DNA of 63,997 nt, filler included, from Mitosporidium daphniae (lineage: Eukaryota): NCBI RefSeq assembly GCF_000760515.2. It is 5 parts of 5 records of this genome, joined end to end, with 100 filler letters (N's around TTAATTAATTAA, not from the genome) between each part and the next. Parts side by side here need not be neighbours in the genome. Positions count along the whole stretch, not along the records: positions 15,446 to 30,697 come from NW_013546717.1; positions 30,798 to 46,020 come from NW_013546716.1; 3 more parts are not named here. The stretch is one strand, 5' to 3'. Every line of letters begins with the position of its first letter. Within the stretch, counting starts at the first letter, position 1. The notes below the pieces were generated by a model. That model ran no database searches and had not been told where the DNA came from. It was given only the letters and a program-made list of their open reading frames with translations. Positions 23,332-35,295 of this stretch are shown one piece after another. Both the position numbers and the translations under genes were made by a program.

Positions 23332-24348
23332 ATGCTTACTCCCAGGCATTTATCAGGTCATCTTCTGGATGCGATCCTCTTTCTCACCATGACGTCCGTG
23401 CTTTTCTTTCAGCAAGCCGGCGCATATGGCCCCACAGGACATTGTCTTGTCGCAATCTTGGGATATTCGTGGTCCTCGGAGTATTCAAAGTCTGTTTTGG
23501 ATACCTTTTTTCCGACGGCAACTGCCCTTTGTGCTGCTGCTAACTGGCCAGATTCAATTAAAGGAAATCCGCTTTACAAACAAACCATTCGCGAACACTA
23601 TATGTCAGATTGGGAGAGTCCAGAGCCTTTCTCTTTTCACGATAACCAAAGATGTCCACAAATCCCATTTGATGCAAAATCCTGCCCCAACGATCATTGC
23701 ATCATTCGAGCTATGCACAAATATTGCACAAAGCTTTATTATCAATTTGAGACGATCTTACCACACATTGAGATGAGTCTTTTCAATGGGAAAGAAAAGC
23801 GGCAGCAGTTGGACCACTCTTCCTCAAAGGAGTTTAAAGAATCTCTAATGTTTATCATCCATTTGCTTGGAGACGCTCATCAGCCTCTTCATCTCTGTGG
23901 GAAAGAGAGAGGTGGAAATGAAAGGATCGTTTCGTATAACGGGAAAACGATCGATCTTCATTCGATGTGGGATACTCATCTTCTTTCTAGCAAAATCGAG
24001 CAACACCATCAAGGGTCCTACGAGCAATATCTCCTGGCGCTGCTAGCTCAGGAAACCGCCTCAAAATATGCCAGCAATAAGCATGGGAAACAGCAAACAC
24101 AACAACATGCAATCTTATCCCTAGAATGGTTTGTGCAGTGGACCTCCATGGTAACTTTTATTCTAATTCGATAGGTTCATTGCAATTATGCGCCTGTCAT
24201 TTGGAATGATGTTTTGAGCAGAAAGGTGTTCGAAATCGCCCATTCTGAGTATGAAAAAAATGCTTTCAACGTCATGGATGATTTATTAATTGCAGCGGGG
24301 CATACGTTGGCACAAGTGCTTGATGAAATTTTTAGCTTGAAAAATTAA
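23332..24348 (+). CDS. Secreted S1/P1 nuclease
   Basis: Signal peptide, then YGPTGH, ANWPD, HLLGDAHQPLH, GGN and LHSMWD zinc-ligand motifs. Intron 24151-24174. Confidence 0.93.
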
Positions 24349-24392
24349 ATTGAAATTGATTAAAAAAACGTTGCATTTTATTTTTTTGCCTT

Positions 24393-26087
24393 ATGGTCCT
24401 TCCAGTTCAGCACTATGATAACACTAAAATTTACAATGTTTCTGGCTACAACACAGCCAAGCTACCGGAATGGCTGATAAATAAACACAAAAAGAGGTTA
24501 AAGAGAGACGCAGGTATCCAACTTTTGGCGGCTTAATTATTTAGATTTCGGCAAACGGATAGACTTGATCCAAGATTTTGAATTTCCAGAAGCCTCAAAT
24601 CGGCTAATGCTAACGCAGGATGGTCAGAGTATCGTGGCCACCGGTATTTACAAGCCCCAAATCAGGGTTTTTGATCTCAACCACCTATCTTTAAAATTTG
24701 AACGCCATACAAATGCCGAAACAAGATCTTTTGTGCTGTTAGAAGACGACTGGACAAAGCTAGCTCTTCTACAGTCTGACAGGACCGTTGAATTCCATAC
24801 ACAGGCTGGACTTCATTATTCAACGAGGATACCAAAGGCTGGAAGAGAACTCCTTTATGACAAAGTTTCTGCCGATCTTCTAATTTGCGGATCATCGTCC
24901 GAAATTTATCGCTTGAATTTAGACCAGGGGCGGTTTTTAGCTCCACTTGAAACCGGAATCAATGGGCTAAGACATTTTTCGTCCGTCGACTCGATTGAAC
25001 AAAGTTCGCAGCATCGGCTACTTGCCATTGGAGGCGATGGTGGCTTCGTTATGCTGTGTGACCTGAGGCACCGGAAACCCGTTGGTAGGCTGCCGTTGCC
25101 CCGAAACCCCATTGTCAACTCGACCTCCGTTTCTACAATGAAGTTTTTTCCGGACGGCCTAAACTTGGCGGTCGGGCTGCATTCGGGCTCTGTCTTTATA
25201 TATGATATCAGATCTCCTGACCCGATATTGGAAAAAGAGCATCAGTATGACCTGCCAATCAAAAAAATCGATTATCATGAAAGCAGCCACCAAGTTGTCT
25301 CAGCAGACGCTAAGATAGTCAAAGTCTGGGATCGCGTCTCAGGCCAGTTGATGGCCACCATTGAGCCGCCATCGCAACTTAATGACCTCTGTATACAGCA
25401 AAAAACAGGGATTTTTCTGATGGCCAACGAAGGGCCACAAATGCAAAGCTTTTTCATACCGGCCCTCGGCCCTGCCCCAAAATGGTGCTCGTTTTTGGAT
25501 AACATCACGGAGGAGATGGAAGAGAGCCCCCAACCGACCGTTTATGATAACTTTAAATTCTTGAGGAGAGAAGACCTTTCAAGGTTTGTGTTGCATTTGA
25601 ACGTTTACCTTTTAGCCTGTGTCTGTCCCATTTGATTGGAACAAACATTTTGAAGCCCTACATGCACGGCTTTTTTATCGATTTCAGGCTATATGAAAAG
25701 GCCAAGGCCATTGCAAATCCGTTTGCTTACGAAGAGTACAAGAAAAAACTTGTCAAGGACAAGNTTGCAAAGGAATCGTCCACCAGAATTACACGCAAGA
25801 ACCTTCCAAAGGTCAATTCTGAACTTGCAGAAAGACTACAGAGCTCTTCCAAAGATCCTTCCTGTTCCGCGCTTGTTGATTCCCGCTTTACAGAGCTGTT
25901 TTCAAACGCTGACTTTGAAATCGACCATGAATCCAAAGAGTTCAGGCGGCTAAACCCATCGCTCACGCCTGCAAAGACCACCGCAGATACAAAGAAAATC
26001 ACCCAAATATCCACCACAAACAAACACCCTGTTTCCGACGATGAAGATGTAGATTCTGACGATGAAGAATATGGAATTAGGCGGTGA
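24393..26087 (+). CDS. ENP2: Nucleolar WD40 protein Enp2/NOL10
   Basis: LIQDFEFPEAS, TGIYKPQ, LNLDQGRFL, IPALGPAPKWCSFLDNITEEMEE, YMHGFF and NUC153-like DSRF...F. Confidence 0.95.
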
Positions 26088-26115
26088 TCTTCTGATCGTG
26101 TTTAATAAAACAAAT

Positions 26116-26613
26116 TTATTCAAACTTTTCCTTCTCATCGCCATCCTCAGTCAAGGCAGCATATATGAAGGAGGCGACAATCAAATTTGCAAGAACGATC
26201 GAAAAAACCGCCGAAAATATCAAATTATCGGGGAAGAAATACCGATAGCCAGCGAAGCACACAAACGGCGGAACAATAAGCAATGCCGCTGAGTAGGTAA
26301 ACAGTTTGATCCAAAGATCGGTGGGAATCGTTGCAAGCACTGTTTTGGTTGGTGGCGGTGGCGGCTGGTACTGAGAAGTCTGCGACAGCAGAGCCTCAAA
26401 TTGGTCTGGAAGGGGATCCTCCTTCTTTTCCAGATCATCACAGTCTGCTTTGCCAGAAACAATGGTCTTTTGGTGTTTAGATTTTAAAATTGACGGTTTA
26501 GGTGCTTTTGGGGAGCCATCCTTGACACCTGGCATTTGGCTCGCTGTGGTGCATAAATCTTTGCTTTGGTCTTGTGGAGAACATGGATTTTCGCTTTGGC
26601 CGTCGTCCGCCAT
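26116..26613 (-). CDS. VMA21: Vma21-like V-ATPase assembly factor with long N-terminal extension
   Basis: KLFTYSAALLIVP...F TM1, SAVFSIVLANLIVASFIYAALTED TM2, and a C-terminal KEKFE ER-retrieval-like signal. Confidence 0.75.
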   Translation of the reverse strand: MADDGQSENPCSPQDQSKDLCTTASQMPGVKDGSPKAPKPSILKSKHQKTIVSGKADCDDLEKKEDPLPDQFEALLSQTSQYQPPPPPTKTVLATIPTDLWIKLFTYSAALLIVPPFVCFAGYRYFFPDNLIFSAVFSIVLANLIVASFIYAALTEDGDEKEKFE

Positions 26614-26681
26614 TTGGTAAAACGGAAATTAAATTCAACTTCAAATTAACTTTGGAAGGAAATGGGATTTTAATCCCCGTG

Positions 26682-27933
26682 ATGAAAAGTGTTTCCTTCC
26701 AAACGGAAGTTCAGATTAACGGCAGATGTGCCACCCTTTCGTCCAGAAACTTTCCCATTTACTCCATTGCTAGCGTTTCGCAGCAAAGTCACGATTCGTA
26801 TACACTTTACGTTGGAGGTGGCGGTGGTACTTCCAAAACAGGCATTCCAAACGGATTTACTTCCATGGCCATCTCTAGCGAGTCCGGCATCCCACTTAAT
26901 GCAGAGGAGGCCCCCTTCTGCTCAACAAAAGACACAGTTCTTGGGTTGAGGTCTATTTCGGACACCGAATTTCTGGTTGCCGTCGGCGATAAAGTAGTCA
27001 AGGCTATCAAGGATTCGGGCGAGTTTCACATAACCAACCCCAAATCCGAGTCTTTTTCACTTGCCGATGACGACTTTATTCGTTTGGTCAAGCGTATCGA
27101 TGCAGACAAGTTTTTCGTGCTATATGCCAGCGGACAGATTTTTTCGTACATCAACGACAAATACGAGTCCATTAGCGACCAGTTTCAGCTTGAATCAATG
27201 TCCGATATCAAGTCGATCGACGCCTTTCAGCAGCTCATAGCCATTACCACGTCAACGTTTGTGCACATCTTTACATTTTCTGTTGATGCGAAAAACGGCT
27301 CAATCAACATTATGGCGGATAAGCGCCAAACCGTCAAGGCAGATGCCATCAAAAGCATAAAGATCCGCTCCTTTTGGTATGTTTACTCGTTTTCATGTTA
27401 GCTTTGGAACAATGGCCACCAACGGGTTTGGATATGCCGTTGTAAATTCGAACTTGAACTCCAATAATTCGTCCTTTCTCTATTCCTTTGCAATCGACCA
27501 AGACACCCAGGTGTGGGAACTGCAGCGGCAAGTTCTGATAAGCTCAAAGCATACCGCTATACAATTGGCGATCAGGTGTGCTATCATACCATGTTGACAT
27601 GTAGTTCCAATGGCCTGGTTCTTGCGGTAGGGTTTTCCAATGGCGACATTGTCAATTATTGTGCGCATAGCTTTAAAGTACACGTGTTTTTTGTAACACT
27701 AGGTGTTCCAATCCTTCAAAAACTGCCACTCTCTTCCTCCAACTTGTCTCGAATTTGTAAATTTTTCCCAGCATCTCATTTCTGGTTCGCCAGATGGATA
27801 TTTAAATATTCTCCCGGTTTCCGTATATCCAGTGTCTGGGCCAGGCATCCTAACTCGTGGTCATATATTCCTATTGTCCCTTGCGCTAATAATTATAGCC
27901 ATTCTCCTTAGAATTTTGATTGTTCAGGTTTAA
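26682..27933 (+). CDS. SEC12: Sec12/PREB (Sar1 GEF), beta-propeller with C-terminal TM, multi-exon
   Basis: FPIYS...VGGGGGTSKTGIPN K-loop signature, CHSLPPTCLEF and a C-terminal TM helix. Confidence 0.85.
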
Positions 27934-28544
27934 TAATAAACGAACGCAATAATTGACCAGGCAGGGCGCATATTTTATGCCGGGGATAACTCAACCACTA
28001 TGAAGTCATCCTCATTCATATGATATGAAAAGACTAGATCTAAATTTGAGGTTCCATCAGGACTTTCCATGCTGTTTTGGCTTGAATATTGCAGCGGAAA
28101 CTGGTGGTTCTTATAAGAAGCCTAGTTTTGATGCAAATTTAGACCGCCTCTGATTGGTATACACAAAGTTACGATTGGCTTCAATTGATATTAAATGTTG
28201 GTGTAAATTTTATTTCCAATATGTTTGCAAATTTCATGATGGCCCTTAAAATCGCTCTGGCTAAAAATGACGTCCCAAAACATCGTTTTCAGTAGCAACA
28301 TGGCACATGTGCTTGACCACCTCGCTTCAGCTTTGATTAAATAAACTATACATACCAAATTGACATGATGATATTTGAATTATAACAATGCCCCGCTGCC
28401 CGAGCCAGAAATAGAGATCGATGTGAAGGGTTTAATTATTTCGGCAATTTAATTTATCAATTTTAAAGAAAATGATTGGTCAATTTTTAAAATACCAATT
28501 TCAGTGCTATGATAGGCTGAAATGGATCGTAGAGATATAATTGG

Positions 28545-29456
28545 ATGAAAAGGGAATTAAATCAACCGAATCTGGCAGAAATTTTTATGACTTGTATTCT
28601 GAAGACAATTTCAACAGCACTAGCAATAACAAGCATACCAAAGAAGGAAGACTGGGGATATGATGGAACGCAAAAATTCACAACATCGCTTGATCAAAAA
28701 CACGATGTACAAGCCGATGCAAATAAAGTACCAGACGACATCGGCGGCTTGCAAAAGGCGGTTCGATTGTTCAATGCAATGAAGATTACACAGTGTGAAT
28801 CGGTATTGGAAAATCTTATTACCCCGACTGAAAACATTGAAATCTTGAACACGCACCATCAAAGCATTGTCGTCAAAGACGACTCATATTTTGTTCCTTT
28901 TTACTTTACAGCGGTTGCGGCAGCCAAACGCGAAAATCCAAAACATAAAAGACGATCAAATGAGCGAGACGAAGATTTATGCTATGAAGAGGAACAAAGC
29001 GAAAGGGAAGCGGAACGGAACCTTGAAACCGAGCCACCAAAAAAGAAGCCAGCATCAGAACAAAATAATAGACCCGAGGAGTATTACATTGCAGCACTTC
29101 AGGAGAAGCTGCCAAAATGGGTAAAGTCCTCGTCCAATTTAAGAAAAAATTCGACAGTATTTTTGTCGGGACCAGATACCGATTTGGGCATTAACATTGC
29201 AAACGAACTGCTCAACTTGCCAAAAGAAGAGCCATCAACCGCAAAGCTCAAGGAAATTTTCACAAAGCTCGACCAAAGCGACAAAAACACAAAACAAGCT
29301 CTGGGGCTATGCGAAGAAATTGAAGCAATGTTTTATGTTTATCGATACCATTTCCCGATTCTCATAAAGTTTGCCTATGCAATGACAAGCGAATTGTCAA
29401 AGGCAAACAAGGAAATTGTATCCTTAAAGGAAAAAGCCGCAAAGTCCAAAAGATGA
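28545..29456 (+). CDS. Hypothetical intronless protein (303 aa) with NLS-like PPKKKP and C-terminal coiled coil
   Basis: Long clean ORF; no family recognised. Confidence 0.6.
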   Translation: MKRELNQPNLAEIFMTCILKTISTALAITSIPKKEDWGYDGTQKFTTSLDQKHDVQADANKVPDDIGGLQKAVRLFNAMKITQCESVLENLITPTENIEILNTHHQSIVVKDDSYFVPFYFTAVAAAKRENPKHKRRSNERDEDLCYEEEQSEREAERNLETEPPKKKPASEQNNRPEEYYIAALQEKLPKWVKSSSNLRKNSTVFLSGPDTDLGINIANELLNLPKEEPSTAKLKEIFTKLDQSDKNTKQALGLCEEIEAMFYVYRYHFPILIKFAYAMTSELSKANKEIVSLKEKAAKSKR

Positions 29457-29516
29457 CAATGGCCACTGGCCGGTCAGCTGGCTGGCTATGGGATTTGCAC
29501 GTAATAAATACTTCGT

Positions 29517-30697
29517 TTATCTCTGGTTTGCCGTGAGAGGGTCAATTCTTCGAATTTCTGATAATATTTGAATGATCGCAGTTGGTGTGATACCCTCCAA
29601 TCTTTTAAGCATCCCAATGTTTGTCGGCTTAAGCTGGGTGAGCTTTTGGGATATTTCTGCAGAAAGCTTCAACGACCCATAATCAATATTTGGAGGAATC
29701 AATGCAAGCTCGTCTCTTTTAAACAGTCTTAACTCCCTTTCCTGCTGGGCTATCAAGGGGGCGTATAATGCTAACCTCTTAGAAACACAAAGAATACCCA
29801 TTACACATATTCTGTTAACAATTTCCCTAGGAATGTCGCTTAACCCAGGAAAGATTTCAGCCAGTTTTTCGAAAGTGACAGCTTTCATTTGAAATAAGTC
29901 CCAATAGCTAAGAGTGTGATAATACGCCAATAAAAACCTTCTACGAATACCGTCTAAAGGGACTGTGCATATTCCCTTGGTGAGAAATGCATGAGGAGAG
30001 TACGAATGCTCAGATAACATGGAAATGGCATTGTTGATGCAGTCATTAACAAAAGTCGCCTTTTGGGTCCGGACCAAATCAGATACCAGGCCATGCTTGT
30101 GCCCTTTCATCGTGAGACGTAAATCAGCATTGTCCGAGCGAAGGCTAATTCTGTATTCGGATCGACTGGAAATGGAATGTAAACACCTACCTTGTAAAAA
30201 TTCTATAAGGTTCTTGGGCGCCTTTTGTCAAGAGATCGTCAATGAGAACACCGATATATGCCTCTGATCTGTCAAGAATAAAAGGAGGAAGGCATTTGGC
30301 CGATAACCCTGCATTTGCCCCTGCAATGACACCTTGGGCAGCGGCCTCTTCATATCCCGTTGTGCCATTAATTTGGCCGGCTAAATAAAGGCCTTTAACA
30401 TTCTTTGTCTCGAGCGTAGGAAGCAATTGCCTGGGATCGACAAAATCATATTCCACGCCATAAGCTAAAAAGTTATTGATGGCCAGATTTCTACCAAATT
30501 GATGGATTTTAGCATCCTCAAGCCCAGGAATGGATTTGATAACCTTTTCTTGGACATCTTCAGGCAAGCTCATTGAGATACCATTTGGATATATAAGCTC
30601 AGAAGTGTAGCCTTACAAGAAATAAGAATCCTATGCAAAATTACCTTCCGGTTCAAGCCAAACCACGTGCCTCTTCTGTGTGGGGAATTTAATTATT
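29517..30697 (-). CDS. MTO1: Mitochondrial tRNA modification enzyme Mto1/GidA, 5' end truncated by gap
   Basis: [46 protein letters not shown] and [15 protein letters not shown]. Confidence 0.96.
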
Positions 30698-30797
30698 NNN
30701 NNNNNNNNNNNNNNNNNNNNNNNNNNNNNNNNNNNNNNNNNTTAATTAATTAANNNNNNNNNNNNNNNNNNNNNNNNNNNNNNNNNNNNNNNNNNNN
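30698..30797. other. Artificial contig linker
   Basis: N44-TTAATTAATTAA-N44. Confidence 0.97.
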
Positions 30798-31103
30798 CCT
30801 AACCCCGCCATATTATGTCTACAATCTGCCCATTATCTTCACATCCACCGTGTTTTGACGCTTTTATACTTTATTGTCGATGCGGAAGCATCGACACACA
30901 GCATCAATATGCCATTAAGATTTTGGAAATGGATCTCTAATTTATAGTCTGAGGCATCGGGTCGTTCTGCACCGGGCAGACAGCGATGCTCCCGTATATT
31001 ATTTGATACCAGAGGAGATCCGGCTGGTCCAAAAACCCACACATAAATACAATAATTAATGATCTTTGCGTCAAGCTACCAATCTGGGTTAGCAGCCTTC
31101 TAG

Positions 31104-33452
31104 TTAGTCAATAATAATGGGATCCTCAAAAGAAAACCCAGGTCGATGATGGCCACTCGCGGCGGTGTGAGAAGGAGCCCTGGAATCAGGAAGGCGAGCC
31201 CGCTTTTGCATTGGCTGCAACCCAGTAAAGTTAGGCAGCTTCCAACCAGTTTCTTGTTGGTGGGGTCGGTCTTTTCCATCCTGGAAAAGCAAACGCTTCT
31301 GTTGCTTTTGTTTGGGTACCGATTGACACCGAAGCTGGATGGGATTTCCAGAGGAAAAGTTTCTGTGCCTCCCAAGGTCGTGGTTATCACCATCCAACCC
31401 ATGATTGTTGAATGAAGCGTGTCTGAGGCGAATTGGGCGGAAAGAGTGCCCAATAGGCTCAGTGGTAAATCCATCGGAAAGGGATAAAAGTATTTGAGAT
31501 TCAAATTGATCGACAAATCCAGTGGCATGGTACATAGATGTAAGGGCGTCCTGGTCATCGTCTTCATCCTCGTCATAATCGCGATCAAAGCTGAAATCGC
31601 TTGCATGGAAGTTGCTTTCATCTGAAATGCCATCGTATTGGGTATCCGATTCCGATTCCGATTCTACGACAATTTGAGTGGGGGGCGCTGAAGGGCCTCT
31701 TTCTAGCTCAACCGGCGTTGAATGCCAAGTCACCGGGACAGGGCATATAGGTGGCATATTGGGAAGGTGGTCTTGAGTACAGGCTGGTGCAAAAAGCGGT
31801 CGAAGATTCGTTCGAATTCCGTCATTGCCGGATGGTGATGATGAGGACAATGGAACTTCCGGGAGCGGCTGGAAAGCTTTGCTTTCCACCTGAACGGATT
31901 CTTCCGTTTTAATAGCAACCCAATCGGTACAATCATCGGAATAGTCCAAGTCTGGGGTCAGTGTCAGGTCAACCACTTCAATAGCAGGGGGTAGGGATGA
32001 ATTTGCTGGCAGGATGATCCAGTTGTCACCATCGTCTCTGCTAATCCTGATGCTCTCAATGGTCAATGGAAAGGTGTCCACAAGCTCTTTGAATAGATTG
32101 TCGACCTTGAGAGCGGATAGGGAAATAGGTATCCCACAAACCGGGCAGTTTGGCATCTTTTGAGACCCCGGCGACAAAGTGCCTAGCAAAAGGTCGCAAA
32201 TGGCTGAACTGGAGGAACATGCAGACAAAAGAGACTTGCACATTACTTGAATATCAAAGCATTGCACGTGTTTGCAATCGACAGTGCGACCCGGAAACTG
32301 CATCCTGGCAAGAGAGAGAGGGCACATTAACGAAAAGGATGCGATCAAAGGCAGACATCCATTGTCTTCCAGTGGCAGGGACACCGTTTCTGTGGGCGAC
32401 AAAAGAGAAAGCGTCTGTTCCCGTGAAAACCGCCTACGGAAAAAAGGGCCAAAAGATGGGCCAGGTTTTGAAGCATCTGCACTGAAAGGCGATGAACCAG
32501 ATTGAGATGGAACGCAAAGGCTGGCCGATGAGCAAGATGGTGGCAAGGCTTGGGGCAAAGCCGAGGCGGCCTCCAAAATTCCGCCAATGATTTCGTCGGA
32601 GGAAAGCTCCCAGGCAGCGACGACTTGGAAAATGAACCGGCCATTGGATGTGGTATTGTGCGACAAGGGTGGGGAAGTCTGTAAAGATGAATTGCAATAT
32701 GATATGACAATGTCGGTCTTGACATGTTCTGCGCAGTAGCTTGTAATATCAAGCGGCCGGTCATGATGTTCCTAAAGTTAACCCACGCCGTTACCTTTCT
32801 AAAATAGAGAGAATTGACCGAAATTCTCGATGAAAACGGAAAAGAAATCTTCTCCAACGGTGCGGTCGTTGATTTGCAAGCCTGCTCCTGGGCAGATAAC
32901 ACAAACGGCTTTGCAACGAGAAGTATCCTCGGGAATGCATTCCTCCACTTACCACAGCTCATCCTTATGGCGGCTAGAGAGTTGATCAGAAACGTGACGG
33001 TCGTTTGCTGGGACTCGATGCGATTGGAAAATGATGCGGAAAGGGGAATCACCTGGTTGTACAGAATTTCGGGCACCGTTCCGTTCATGATGCAGTCGCA
33101 TCCGCCATTGTCCATCACCTCGGCACGGGAAAAGGGCTCTGAATATTGGAGGGACAGGTGCGCAATTGTGGGGAATTGATATGTCGATCTGTTGCTTTGA
33201 TTTAAAACGGACCGGATAAGCATTGCTTTTTGCTCAAAAGCGGAAAACAGATTTTGGCGAATCAGGGAATCCAGCTCCTGCACGATGCTTTCCACAAGGC
33301 TGGCTTTTTTCCCCACTTGGGACAGGCCGAATTCGCCCAACAAACCCTTGATGTCGGAAATCAAAAGGCCCTGGTTGAGAATCTGACGGAACTGCGCAAC
33401 CTAAAGTATCAAAAATGCAGGCTACAAGGGTGGCATCCAGATGCACCACCAT
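31104..33452 (-). CDS. SIZ1: Siz/PIAS SUMO E3 ligase (SAP, PINIT, SP-RING, SIMs)
   Basis: SAP-like DIKGLLGEFGLSQVGKKASLV; RPLDIT after intron 32772-32794; CPLS..RMQFPGR..CKHVQCFD...CPVC; SIMs IEVVDLT and terminal PIIID. Intron 33401-33425. Confidence 0.88.
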
Positions 33453-33545
33453 CAAAGACGATGAATGAAATGTGTAAATTAGCTAAAATGTCCGAATTTA
33501 AATTTCCAACCCTATCTATGGGCATCATTTATCGTGGCACGTATG

Positions 33546-34277
33546 CTAGTCCCGCCAATGCTGGGGAATATCGGCTCCCGCAACGACCTTCCTGTCGCAA
33601 CCGTCCTTCGTTACAATGGCAAGCCGAATGACGCCTCCGGAGGATCCATCGCGCTCCATGGCCAATGCGATGGCTATGATGAGCAAAGTCGCCTTACCAT
33701 GGGTGACAAACTGCTCGCATTGCTCGCGCGTCATGCCTGCACGATATGCAGCATCGCAATAGCCATAAATATAAGTGGAGCCAGACCCGCCAATCGCATA
33801 TGGCTGGCGATGGATGGAGCCGCCAAGCGGGATGTTGTACACGGCCCCGTTGCTCACCGAATCCCAGCCTGCCACGATTATCCCGGCCTGCAAGGAGGCT
33901 TTGTTTTCATAGCACAGGCTTTTGAAGATGTTTGCTGCTGCATGCACACTCATGGGCTCGTTCCTCTCGATGCTATGAAAAATTAAATCGATAAAAAACC
34001 CGAAAAATTCCAAGTAATACTTGACAATGTCTGCCAACGCCTGGGTATCTGCAGCCGATCCAGAGAGACAGCCATAGATAGACGAATCGACGAGGGGCGT
34101 GATTTTATCGGTAATTCTATTAGCAATGTAGGCCCCTGTGGTGGTTCGAGAGTCTGCACCGAGGATTACGCCGCCATCAAATTTGACAGCCATGATGGTG
34201 GTCTAATAGTAAGTTATGCATAGGATTGGGCATCATACGCCAAGGCTGACTGGTACAGAAATATCGTCCATGGCCAT
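33546..34277 (-). CDS. PRE3: 20S proteasome subunit beta-1
   Basis: [54 protein letters not shown] and [10 protein letters not shown]. Confidence 0.96.
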
Positions 34278-34428
34278 AGATTGATTAGACGGGGAAATTA
34301 AATTTAAATGTTTGCGTGTTTAATTGGGCCTTGGCCCAATAATTCTCCACATTTATCAAAGATTAACTTTGATAGATGGCAGTTGGTCCCATAAATGCCG
34401 CCTACATGGCCGTTTTGGCTGTACACAT

Positions 34429-35122
34429 ATGAAGGGGCTAATCTTTGCGGTCTTTCCATTTATCTGTGGCCATTCAATTGCGATCACTTCAGATGCACCC
34501 CTTTGTCAGTCCATGCCATTACCGGCATCAAATGCTTCTCTGCGTGGCAGCCCGTCAACTCCGAACAATCCGCTTTACCAGCCTTGCATATCAAATGGTC
34601 CGCTTTACGAGCCTTCCGTTTCAAACAACCCGCTTTGCGGGCCAGCATCTGCCGCCCCCCAAACGGCAACGATAGGCTCTGTAGAGTATGTCATTTTTGG
34701 AAGTGGATACGAGTCTTCGTTCGTCAATGCAAGTGCATATTGTGCTTCCCTCAATGAATCGTACCCATGGAATCAGGGATGCCAAAAATCCGTGCAGGGT
34801 TTGACACATTTGGAAACTCACCATAGGTTCCCTTGCCGACGTCAACAATACGATCTTTTCCGAGCTTTCTTCGATGATTGATGACAATGTATATATTAAT
34901 AGCTGGAATGGCGATACTTACAACAGCTCGTGCCTTTCCTTATACCCTGAGGGTGCCATCGCAGGTAATTAACATGCTATGTAACAGATAGTGCCGATTG
35001 AGGGATGCAATGGCCCGCTGGGTTTCATCTGCCAAATAAATGCTACAGCTCATCAACCAAGGATGGCGGATCCTTCTCCGATGCCGATGGAATACGATGA
35101 AGACGAGCATTCTTATTATTAG
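34429..35122 (+). CDS. Secreted protein with 10-aa repeats and a C-type-lectin-like domain, 3 exons
   Basis: Signal peptide; three 30-bp repeats at 34564-34653; F..A..YC...LADV...INSWNGDTY..CL...C...FIC after introns 34799-34826 and 34965-34991. Confidence 0.6.
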
Positions 35123-35295
35123 CACAAATAAACATCTTGCTCCAAAAGGGTCGTAATGTCTCACCAAAGACCGCAAGTGCTTGCCATTAGAGGTGCCAAG
35201 AAATATAAAAATCAACAGCTTTCATTTCCAAGGCAACCGCGTATCGCGGTAAAAGCATTTGGGAGCAGCCCAATCCTATGAAGAGGTAGCATCAA

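Noticed and set aside
32345..32800. Overlapping same-strand ORFs suggesting a programmed frameshift in SIZ1
   Set aside because: Explained by the 23-nt intron 32772-32794, which restores RPLDIT.
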